From Squalus acanthias (lineage: Eukaryota): a DNA stretch of 64,000 bases. The notes below the pieces were generated by a model, which saw only the letters and a program-made list of their open reading frames with translations, had not been told where the DNA came from and did no database searches. This document shows positions 1-9,432 of the stretch, in pieces (the stretch's first letter is position 1; the number at the start of each line of letters is the position of its first letter). The stretch spans positions 128,032,001-128,096,000 of the forward strand of contig CM059431.1 of the NCBI GenBank assembly GCA_030390025.1. The letters run 5' to 3'. Made by a program: the position numbers and the translations under genes.

Positions 1-631
1 GACATTTGTTCACTATAGTTATAGTGCCGTGTTCCCTTATCTCCCGCCCAAATCTTAATGTTTGTCCTTTGTGAAATATTGGTGCTCAAAACTCCCAGCA
101 TGGGGCGATTCTTGTTTTTAACGGGTTTCGGTAGCACCTGAAACTGGCCAACTACCCGTTAATGTTTTCTCCATTGTTGAACCGGCTGGGAGCCTCCCTG
201 GCTGGGTTTTGGGGGCCCCCGAATACTTGTTTAATCACCTGAGAATGGCTCTCTCAGTGTAGAGCCGTGGGGGTATTTGTGTATTGATGTGTCTGGATGG
301 GCCTTCAATTGCCCAGTACAATGGTCCTTACTTGTGCATGGAAAACGATTCCAGCACTCATATCTTTTGCTATTGTCACAAATGCAAACAGGTTGCATCC
401 AGTCTTTATCAGTGCTTATCGAGCATGATCCCGTCTTATATTGAAATGTTTATTCGAACGCCATCTTGTCTGCCCACTGTAATTCTGGAAGCTTCTGCCA
501 CGATGCGCGGCGGCCATTTTACAGGCTTCTGTGTCCTTTTTAATCATGACAGCATTTCGTTTAAATAAACTGATCAAACGAATCTGCTTCTCTCTTGTTA
601 TTTTGAATCGCGACAATTGCAAAACTTTACA
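1..631 (-). repeat. Element B 3' LTR (partial)
   Basis: Starts TGTAAAGTTTTGCAATT on the minus strand directly after the PPT; direct repeat of 24873-25505. Confidence 0.93.
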
Positions 632-643
632 GTCCCTCCTGTT
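632..643 (-). promoter_or_regulatory. Polypurine tract of element B
   Basis: Minus-strand AACAGGAGGGAC abuts the LTR; identical to element A 9421-9432. Confidence 0.85.
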
Positions 644-1025
644 GATGCGAATAACTCTGCTGATCGTATCAATTAAATGTGGTGGTGAGCAAAATTATCC
701 CGATTCTCCACATCCAAACACTCCCTTAACTTACTATCTATGGTCTCCATGCCGTCCTCATTTCCCAGGGAAATTACATTGTTTAGACTTGGACAAACCG
801 TAGGCAGTATTGCCTTTAAACTTACATTGCGTATACGCCATCCTGGTGCAACAGGCCGATGCCTCTCGCACCACCTGTATATGCATGTTTTTATTATACA
901 AGGAAAAATAATCAAGACAACTCTTTTAAAATTACAAAGTTCCAAACTTAGTTACACATATTCATTACTAACAATCAATTACGAAAACACACATGGTAAA
1001 AATGGAACGGCGTCATCCTGGCCGT

Positions 1026-1726
1026 TTACGCACCACTTTCTTCGTTCACGCGCATGTAGCGTTCTCTCCATTCCCCTGTGTTCTCCTGCTTTGTGAGGCG
1101 TTTGCCTCTTTTGCAGTGCACGACCAATAGGTACACTACAATTATAACTTGGCACACTACCAAAATGTGGGAGGCTATCCTGATCCATGAAGGAACTTCA
1201 ATATTAATGAACAGATCCCACCACGGTGGGATTACTATGTCCAAAGTTTCTGTCCCTATCTCGACAGTCTTTTGTTCCAGGGTGTAAAAATGTTTTTGTG
1301 ATACCGCGACGGCTTTCAAAAGCTTGGTGAGGTGTTCAGGGAGAGGGGGAATGATGTATCCGAAATGCGCGACGAATCGCTGCAAGTCGGTGAAATTCTC
1401 TTTTACTGTTAGATGAACAGTGGATGGTTCAGGGATCGGGACAATTCGCTGCTGTGCCACTTCAACTTCAGCCCTGGGTGTAAAACAGAAACTGCTGTCA
1501 CTCACCGGACACCGGCTGTGGTTTGCATGCTGGTAGTTTTGCGCTGCAGTGGTAACACAATATGTTCCACCCCCTATGTAGGCCACCTGCGGAGGCACAT
1601 GATCTTGTGTCATTGCTTCCATGGTGCAATTCATGGGCTTTGCGCCAGCCGTTCTGAACCCGCATTGTGGTGTTAAAAAGGCATTCAAGTGCTGGGGACA
1701 CAGTATGATGTGTGCTGCCCGGCCAC
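1026..1726 (-). pseudogene. env: Element B env, C-terminal piece (Cys-rich region, TM anchor, cytoplasmic tail)
   Basis: Open frame nearly identical to the element A Env C-terminus; separated from the rest of env by the element A insertion. Confidence 0.92.
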
Positions 1727-3400
1727 TGTAGAATTCGCAATTATCGCGATTTGATTAATAAGGAGAAAACACAAAGTTTCGTTCAAACAGCTTTTTATTT
1801 CAGCAGAATGCTGTCAGGTTTAAATTGGACACAAGCAGCCTGTAAAATGGCCGCCGCACCTCGTGACAGAACATTCTAGACTTTTCAACAGGCAGACAAG
1901 ATGGCGTTCCATTAAACATTCTTGCAAGATCGATGACGATTCAGCACAGTGAAGATAATACACGAGACATTATGGGTTCACAGTATAAACATCGATACTG
2001 AAATCGGTCTCCCAGGTACAAAGGAAAGCCATTGCACCGAGTAATCAAGGGCCCATCCAAAGGACATTAGTATGTAAACTCCCAACGGCTCTACGATGAG
2101 AGAGCCGTTAGCAGGTAGTTATACATGACACTTGGAAGCCCCAAACCCCTCCAGGGAGAACACCGACCGATTTAACAATGGGAGAAGTATTAACAGGTAC
2201 TCAAACATTCATGAGTAGCCCCGAAACCCATTAAGAACGGAGATCACCCATACAGGACATTTGGGCGCCAAACCTTAAACAAAAGAATGGACATTATAGT
2301 TGGGCGGGAAACGGAAGAATTGTGCACTATAATTGCAGGCCCCAAACCGTCCATTCGCTCTCTTGCTCTTGACTCTTGCCTCTTGTTCGTGCTCCTGCAT
2401 TCGTGGTTGCTCCTGTGTTTTATCCGGTCGATTCGTAACCTCGTGGCTGCTCCTGTGTAAAAGACTGTTGAACTTTCTGATCCGTTCGGATCTACCTCGT
2501 GTCGCGTAACGAAGACCTATGTTGGTAACTGGCAGCGGAACCAAAGGCCCGAGATGAGATGAGATGAGATGAGATGAGAGGAGAAGAGAAGAAGACCATA
2601 TCCATCGCCACGGTCAGTAAATCCCGACCGCGCCTGTAGGTCGATCAGCCAAGTCTTCTCAAACAGGAAGTTTTCTTCGTTAAACTTTTAACAAGACATA
2701 TTGCATCAACGATAACTGGACTGTGCAAACACATCGTATCAGTGATATTGACAACGGTGCTCCACGATTATACTTTGAAGCCAACCAACAGAGGTCTTCA
2801 CTACAGCGGACGGTCCAGCCGACTGACCGAGCAGCAGAAGCAGTAAACAAGTGGGACCAGGAGATCTCCTGACCAACACGTGGGTGCTGCGGTGAAAAAC
2901 ATCCGATCAGCTATTCGGGTTTTCTCCGAGTTATTACGAGTGGTGAGCATGAGTCTCGAGATCCTACGAAGCTAGTTTAGGATAGATATTGATAGGGGAG
3001 GGTTTAAAGATTAAGGATATTTGTAATGTGTGCCCTATTTACGTTGTGCCGTTCGTTCCTCGTTTCCCTAAGAGTGATTATAACTGTTTGTAAGATTGTA
3101 CTGTCATTAATCTGTGCGTATGACATGTATTTCATAATTTTAAGTATCATGCAATAAAGATTTTCCATTTCGTACCGTTCAAACCAAGTCTACATGAGTT
3201 TTATCTCCATTACTGCTCTCGCATCTAAGTCCAGTGTCTAGAACCGTAAGGGAGAGTGATTCGAACCACTCACAGGGGTGTCTAGTGTTCCCAGACTGGC
3301 TGGAGACCAGGCCTAGACCCGCACTGACATACAGGCTGCACAGAGCCGCGTGAATCTCACAGGCTACGAGACACGCAGGGTCAGGAGAGAATCCCTTACA
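1727..3400 (+). repeat. Element A 5' LTR (1674 bp)
   Basis: Direct repeat of 9433-11096. TATA-like TATAA near 2328, (GAGAT)n near 2551-2580, AATAAA at 3153-3158. Confidence 0.96.
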
Positions 3401-3404
3401 GAAA

Positions 3405-5216
3405 ATGGCGACCGCGGCAGGACACTGGCAGCGAGAGGGTAGTGTGTTAGATTTTGGAATGACTGTACGAAATGTGATGCAGGAAAAGATAGCGGATTAC
3501 GTATTTGGAAAGGTTAATCTAACTAAAAAGTGGATAAGCGAATTGTTAGCGGATAAGAGCCCACTAGAGGCAGCTGAAAGGTGGACTGATAGTAAGGAGC
3601 ATAAAAAGGCAGTTGAGAAAGCAGTCTGGCTTATGTGCTACAAAAGGCAGGTTCAGATTTCAAACCAGACCAATACAGCGCTAACCGCTCGAATCAAGCA
3701 GTTAGAGGAGGAAATGGAGGAGAAGGTTTCTGGAGGGGAGGCGCTCATTAAGAGTTTAAATGAGTTACGCCAGGAAAGCCAGGAAGTCTCCAGTTACCTT
3801 AAAACAAGGGTAGAGTATCTCGAGTGCCAGATCACTGAAGCAAAATTGAACGAGAGTAGGATGAAGGAAAGATGTAACCGCCAAGCTGCCCAGATAAGAA
3901 CTCAAGAAGAGAGCTTAATGGGGGTTAGGTCGGCGTATAAGTTGGCCCTTGAGGATAAGTTTCAGGGAGCCGACCATAGCGCCTGCCAAAAAGAGATAGA
4001 GAGCCTCAAAAGGGCCGTGAATAATGCGAACGGCATGGTGTGCCTTATCAATCCGTCGGCGCGCCAGCCGCTAGTAAATGAGAGATTTAGAAATTCCCCA
4101 CCAAGTAAAGCAGAAGAAGTAGTAGCCACTGCGCCCTCCGCGCCACCCAGCTATTCAGAAACCTGGGTTAGGGAGGAAGCAACGGAAGAAACAAAAGAGC
4201 CCGTTGAAAAGGAAGTAGAAAAGGGATCGTTGTATCCAGTAACGGGGATTAAAAGGGGCCCAAGCAGAAACGGTGGGGAAGAACCGGGGGATCTCCTCGG
4301 ACAGCTGGTGTTGCCTCACAGTTCACATCAGCTGAGGGCCATGATAAACCACGTAAGGAAGCTGACCGAGATAGACGACCCTTCCGTACATTTCAGGGAA
4401 GTTGAGCAAGCCGCAGCCATTAACGGCTGCGATGATGGGGAGACAGCAAAAATGCTGCTGTTCTCGTTAGATAGCTCGGTCCTTCAGTGTCTCTCAGGCG
4501 ATAGCAAGAGGGGAAATAAAAGTTATGAGGAATTGAAAAATGAGGTCCTAGAAGTAGTGGGAGCGAACGACGGAGGTCCGTTTGCTAGAGTGGGACAGAC
4601 AGTGCAGATGGAGGGAGAACCCCCGAAGGTTTTTGCCGACAGGCTGTGGCCAGTATATGAGCGCAGCTGTCTAGGTGCGCCCGAGCGCGAAGATGTGGAA
4701 GGCGCCGCTTTAATTCATTGGCTTAGGTGCATCATAGCCAACAGTTTACCAGCCGTTAGAGAGCAGGCAAAAGCCTGGTTCGATCCCAATGACCTCAACC
4801 TTACGGAAGAGTCGGTCTTGAATCGACTTACGTTAGGTTACCGTAACATAAGGGGTATGACGACACGTCCCTTTAAGGGAAGAGTACATGAGGTACGACC
4901 CGCAGCCCCAGCTCAGAGAGAGTGGCATCAGGAGGGTAATCGCGCCCCACAGGCAAGTAATGCCTGTTACGGGTGTGGGAAGACAGGGCACTGGCGCAAG
5001 CACTGCAGGAACCCTTGGAAGGATTCCAAGGATAAAAATCCCGCGGTCCGAGCCCAGGCGCCTGTCCCGCCTAAGGAAGCAAAGGCACCCACCTCTCCCG
5101 AAGACCTCGAAGCAGTGTTAGGAGTCATGCGCAAGATGGTTTTGAATGCGCGTGGACAGGTGGCGGTCGCAACCGGCCCCGTAGGTGCCGCAGGACCGTC
5201 TAATAGTACCCAATGA
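3405..5216 (+). CDS. gag: Gag (603 aa): N-terminal coiled coil, capsid-like region, CCHC knuckle
   Basis: Intact ORF just after the LTR; CYGCGKTGHWRKHC zinc knuckle; homologous to element B gag. Confidence 0.92.
   Translation: MATAAGHWQREGSVLDFGMTVRNVMQEKIADYVFGKVNLTKKWISELLADKSPLEAAERWTDSKEHKKAVEKAVWLMCYKRQVQISNQTNTALTARIKQLEEEMEEKVSGGEALIKSLNELRQESQEVSSYLKTRVEYLECQITEAKLNESRMKERCNRQAAQIRTQEESLMGVRSAYKLALEDKFQGADHSACQKEIESLKRAVNNANGMVCLINPSARQPLVNERFRNSPPSKAEEVVATAPSAPPSYSETWVREEATEETKEPVEKEVEKGSLYPVTGIKRGPSRNGGEEPGDLLGQLVLPHSSHQLRAMINHVRKLTEIDDPSVHFREVEQAAAINGCDDGETAKMLLFSLDSSVLQCLSGDSKRGNKSYEELKNEVLEVVGANDGGPFARVGQTVQMEGEPPKVFADRLWPVYERSCLGAPEREDVEGAALIHWLRCIIANSLPAVREQAKAWFDPNDLNLTEESVLNRLTLGYRNIRGMTTRPFKGRVHEVRPAAPAQREWHQEGNRAPQASNACYGCGKTGHWRKHCRNPWKDSKDKNPAVRAQAPVPPKEAKAPTSPEDLEAVLGVMRKMVLNARGQVAVATGPVGAAGPSNSTQ
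3406..3423 (+). promoter_or_regulatory. Primer-binding site, tRNA-Ser-like, overlapping the gag ATG
   Basis: TGGCGACCGCGGCAGGAC lies 5 nt after the LTR and is identical in B (23778-23795, minus). The tRNA identity is inferred from the TGGCG...GGCAGGA pattern. Confidence 0.7.
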
Positions 5217-6371
5217 CTAGAGTCCACGCAGCCTGCCTACCTGTGTCCTTTTAAAAGACACGCACAGGAGGGGGTCTGCGGTGAGGAGGCCAGGTTAAAA
5301 GAGCAGGCCTTGCGGGAGGAGAACGCCCGCTTAATAGGGAAAATAGATAGGCTGGAAGGGCAGCTTAGAGAGCAGGCCCTGCGGGAGGAGAACGCCCGAT
5401 CAATGGGAGAGTTAGACGTGCTCAGGCTAGAAGGGCAGCTTAGAGAGATAAAAGCAGCCTACAGGGTAGCCAGGAGCAGGGAGTATGAGGATTTAAAACA
5501 GGATAGAAATCTGCAGCCTCCAGCAGGTGAGTTTTCACAGAAACAAGCAGGGGCGGTGGCCTGTCTTAAGGGAGGGGCCAGACCTGCGAGTGGGGAAGCA
5601 CAGCCCCAGGTAGGACCACAAGGCACACAGGCAGGCGTAGCAGCTTGCATCAGGGGAAGGGACATCCCGGACGATCATGCAGCGTTTTTCTGGAGTTGGG
5701 GGTTAGATGACGAGGACCCCAGGGTACCCTGGTCAGATGAGGATAGTGCAGATGAGCATAGTGATGACGACGGGTGGTTTCGGAGGAACGGTCCCTTTTA
5801 CGATATGGGGAGAATGCGGGCTGCAGATAGAGATCCACACAGGGTGGACACACAAGCTGCAGGTCCCGAGGACAGGAGGGAGGAGCTAGAGGAGGCAGGG
5901 CCAGCCGCTATAGGAGCACAGAGAGTACCAATGTGGTTCCCAGAGGGGTGGCCGCCCGCTTTGAACGTCCAGTCCTCAGGGGAGGCAGAGATCACGAGTG
6001 AAGGGCCGCCTGCTGGGCCGAGCAGGGCGGAGCCACGAAATGCCAGCCCCGAGGTTAGGGAGGCGGAGTCAGCGGAGGCGGAGCTGGCGACTGTGATGGA
6101 ACCCCAGGTCATCCCGTTGGAGGTCTCGGAACCCGGTCCGTCCGTCACGGAGCCCCCGCCCATAGCAACTCCCCGTAGGTCAAGCAGAGAACCCCAGCCC
6201 AGGAGGATGTGGTCATGTCCCCAGACTGCCCCAAGGCGTAAGTTTCAGGTTAAGATAACCCGGGTAGAGACAGGCCACATCGAAGCAGTAACAGGCTGCG
6301 GCAGATCAGAGGGAAGGGTCAGTGCCCTCCCACCGTCGGGAAGAGCTCGCAGCAGCCTTCTCAGAATTTAA
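5217..6371 (+). CDS. Readthrough ORF X (384 aa) in frame with gag: pol leader, coiled-coil repeat, integrase C-terminal tail homolog
   Basis: No stop from 5217 to 6368. Starts LESTQPAYLCP (B pol: LEPAQPVYLCP) and ends GRARSSLLRI (B pol: GKARGSLHRI). Confidence 0.8.
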   Translation, partial: LESTQPAYLCPFKRHAQEGVCGEEARLKEQALREENARLIGKIDRLEGQLREQALREENARSMGELDVLRLEGQLREIKAAYRVARSREYEDLKQDRNLQPPAGEFSQKQAGAVACLKGGARPASGEAQPQVGPQGTQAGVAACIRGRDIPDDHAAFFWSWGLDDEDPRVPWSDEDSADEHSDDDGWFRRNGPFYDMGRMRAADRDPHRVDTQAAGPEDRREELEEAGPAAIGAQRVPMWFPEGWPPALNVQSSGEAEITSEGPPAGPSRAEPRNASPEVREAESAEAELATVMEPQVIPLEVSEPGPSVTEPPPIATPRRSSREPQPRRMWSCPQTAPRRKFQVKITRVETGHIEAVTGCGRSEGRVSALPPSGRARSSLLRI

Positions 6372-6659
6372 AGGGGCCGCCCTGAGAACGGGCGGCACTG
6401 TAAAGTTATTAGTTTAAGGTTAAGTTTTAAAGTTTTAGTTAAGTTTTAAGTTTATTAGTTCAAGGCTAAGTTTGTAGTGTTTTAACAGATAACGATAAAA
6501 TGATGGGAGTTTTAAGGCTAGGTTTAGAGGAAGTCTATTCAGCAAACGTTGAAGTTTACGTGAGGCGAGGTCAGGGGACCCGCTCACCCTTCACAAAAGC
6601 CAGAGACTTTTTGCGAGGCTGGCTACCTCATTCTATCTGATCACAGGAACCAAGGAAGG

Positions 6660-9011
6660 ATGGAACGACTTATAGTATTGCTCGTGGCAATCGAATGTGG
6701 ATTGGCCTATCGAGGCCACACCAAGGATGTCGTGGTGTTTGGATGTTCCGGGGACACGGCCCCCATCGCGGTGGATGGGACCGGGAGACGGAAGGCAGAG
6801 GGGACCAGCACCTATTTCCACAAGGGAAGGTGGCCAGGATGGCTGGGAACGAACTCAACGGAGTATTCCAGCACATCGGGGTTCGCCTACAAAGAGACTT
6901 CTTTAATGTGCCCCAAAGTACGGATCATCGCACCCAGGATCAGCGTCACCGTCGGCAAACGGATTTGTTTGACCTGCAGTGGGGATGTCCCATTGAGCCG
7001 ATGGTGGTGGCTGCGAAAGCTGAGCAAAACTATGAGGAACTCTTCGGTTGAGTGGGAGCGACTGGGTAATAATACCCATCGGACAATTACGGGGACAGAC
7101 GGACAAGTGAAAGTCTGTTGGGACAAATGGTGGGAACCGGATGAGGGAATTTATGTTTGTATGTGGGGGTCAAAGTACGTTTGCCCCAAAGGCATCTCCA
7201 TATTTTTTATTAATCAGTGGCAGGATAACGGACAGGGGATGAGGTGGGATGCGAGCACCAGGGGGTGCGGAGCCCCATACTCTCCGATCCCAGTAAATGC
7301 CACTGAGCTCATTACGCGCCCACGCAAAGCCCCGCCCACGATTCCGGTGGTTCTAACTGAGGAAGAAGGGTGCCCTAAAGCTAGTAAGGGACCCGGGAAC
7401 GGTTTGGTACTGGTCCCCACAGACCAGATACTATTTCAGGGGGTACATTACGCGGTGGCCTCGGTGATTTTAAATCTCACTGAGGTACGGTTACCAGAGT
7501 GGTGCCCCAAAAAGACGGAACAGTTGTATCAGGTCCTGTTGACCAAGATGTTCAGGCAATTTTACGAGTTTGATTTTTCAGAAATTGATAAGACAAGTTT
7601 ATACACCGCACCGCAGGAAGCTTTGGATCAAGTAGGGAGGCAAAGAAGGGGTTTGGTGAACGATGCGTTCACTGCTTTTAACACAGGGACATCTGTGGTC
7701 AACGCTCTAGACAGTGTGGAGCTGCAGACCCAGATTAATGGTTTAAAAACACAGTTAAAGGACATCCTAACAGATGAGAATAAAGTGGTAGGGTCGGGTC
7801 TGCACGAGGACCAAGCCATGACTCTCCATTTAAAGGAAATCATAGCAGAGCTGGAGAAACATGCGCGTACGGTAAATGCCCTGATCAGGGAAGATCGGAA
7901 TGCATCCGATCAAGCTGCGCAGAACGAGGTGTGCGTGCTTTACGGGGCGTGGTTACTGGGCGAGGGCCGCAGTAATTTGGAGGATTTAAAACAAGGTTTG
8001 GTTCCGTCCTGGATAAGTAACAAACACCTGCGGGCGCTCCACCCTTTTCAGAACGCATTAAGTCCGTGCCAGCTCAGGCTAGCTTCAGAAGCTTACCCAG
8101 TCCCCGTGGACTGCGGACGTTCAAACCATACTATTATGGGAATAGTATTACGCATGCCGGTTTTGGGCAACACAGCAAAGCCCGCCCCGGTATATCGGGT
8201 AGAGAACATTGGTGTCATTCAGGGGGGAGCCCACATTCGTTATGCAGCGGTTCCACCTTACGTCATCCGCTGGGAGCAAACGATGACAGGTACAGATCTC
8301 TCTGGTTGTCGTGGCAGGGGAGCACACATAATACTGTGCCCCCAGCACTTGAATGCCTTTTTAACACCACAGTGCGGGTTCAGAACGGCTGGCGCCAAGT
8401 CCATGAATTGCACCATGGAGGCAATGGCACAAGATCATGTGCCTCCGCAGGTAGCATACATCGGGGGTGGAACATACTGTGTTACCACTGCAGCGCAACA
8501 CTACCAGCATGGAAACCGTAGCCGGTGTCCGGTGAGTGACAGCAGTTTCTGTTTTAAACCCAGGGCTGAAGTTCAAGTAGCACAACAACGAATTATCCCA
8601 ATCCCTGAACCATCCACTGTTCATCTCACAGTAAAAGAGAATTTCACCGACTTGCAGCGATTTGTCGCGCATTTTGGATACCTCATTCCCCCTCTCCCTG
8701 AGCATTTAACCAAACTTCTGAAAGCCGTCGCGGTATCACAGAAGCATTTCTATACGTTAGAGCAGAAAACTGTCGAGATAGGAACAGACATTTTGGACAT
8801 AGTGGTTCCACCGTGGTGGAATCTGTTCACTAATATTGAAGTGCCCTCATGGGTCAGAATAGCCTCCCACATTTTAGTCGTCTGTCAAGTGTTTATTGTA
8901 GTGTACCTATTGTTCATACATTGTAAAAGAGACAAGCGCCTCACCAAGCATGAGAACACGGGAGAGTGGCGAGAACGTTACGTGCGCGTGCACGATGAGA
9001 GCACCGTGTAA
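6660..9011 (+). CDS. env: Envelope glycoprotein (783 aa): signal peptide, Ig V-like domain, furin site RQRR, fusion peptide, heptad repeat, TM
   Basis: Hydrophobic N-terminus; RQRR|GLVNDAFTAFNTG at aa 327-343; N-glycosylation sequons; TM IASHILVVCQVFIVVYLLFIHC. Confidence 0.92.
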   Translation: MERLIVLLVAIECGLAYRGHTKDVVVFGCSGDTAPIAVDGTGRRKAEGTSTYFHKGRWPGWLGTNSTEYSSTSGFAYKETSLMCPKVRIIAPRISVTVGKRICLTCSGDVPLSRWWWLRKLSKTMRNSSVEWERLGNNTHRTITGTDGQVKVCWDKWWEPDEGIYVCMWGSKYVCPKGISIFFINQWQDNGQGMRWDASTRGCGAPYSPIPVNATELITRPRKAPPTIPVVLTEEEGCPKASKGPGNGLVLVPTDQILFQGVHYAVASVILNLTEVRLPEWCPKKTEQLYQVLLTKMFRQFYEFDFSEIDKTSLYTAPQEALDQVGRQRRGLVNDAFTAFNTGTSVVNALDSVELQTQINGLKTQLKDILTDENKVVGSGLHEDQAMTLHLKEIIAELEKHARTVNALIREDRNASDQAAQNEVCVLYGAWLLGEGRSNLEDLKQGLVPSWISNKHLRALHPFQNALSPCQLRLASEAYPVPVDCGRSNHTIMGIVLRMPVLGNTAKPAPVYRVENIGVIQGGAHIRYAAVPPYVIRWEQTMTGTDLSGCRGRGAHIILCPQHLNAFLTPQCGFRTAGAKSMNCTMEAMAQDHVPPQVAYIGGGTYCVTTAAQHYQHGNRSRCPVSDSSFCFKPRAEVQVAQQRIIPIPEPSTVHLTVKENFTDLQRFVAHFGYLIPPLPEHLTKLLKAVAVSQKHFYTLEQKTVEIGTDILDIVVPPWWNLFTNIEVPSWVRIASHILVVCQVFIVVYLLFIHCKRDKRLTKHENTGEWRERYVRVHDESTV

Positions 9012-9420
9012 TAGGAAAATGGCGTCACTCCCGCTCGCCACGTGCGCCGCGGAAGTTTGTACTCATTGTAAATACGTTGGAAACTCGATATGTTTAAGAG
9101 TTGGGATTTGTTTATTTTGGTGATGGTGTTGATTGTGTGGTTTTGGGTTTTGTTTTTCCTTTCCCTGAATAAAAGATGAATATACAGGTGATGCGTGAGG
9201 TATCGGCCTGGTTACGCCGGGAAGGAAAACAAGTGGTGTAAGTTTAAGGGCAAATGATGCCTACGGTGATATAAAATGTAATTTTCTTGGGAAATAAGGA
9301 CGACACAGAGACCCTAGTCAAGTTAAAATTTATGGGATTAATTTACTGGATTCGGAGTGAAATCGAGATAAGATTGCTCACCACTGAGTTTTTGATACGA
9401 TAAGCGGAGTTATTCGCATC

Positions 9421-9432
9421 AACAGGAGGGAC
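9421..9432 (+). promoter_or_regulatory. Polypurine tract of element A
   Basis: AACAGGAGGGAC immediately before the 3' LTR TG. Confidence 0.85.

Noticed and set aside
284..622. Short ORFs recurring at 284-622, 25158-25500 and 61428-61794
   Set aside because: These are copies of the same U3 sequence; the frames are not conserved across LTR subtypes.
2275..2544. 89-aa antisense ORF in the A LTRs (also 9971-10240) as an accessory gene
   Set aside because: It is duplicated only because the LTR is. No equivalent ORF was seen in the B or solo LTR, and the start is not ATG.
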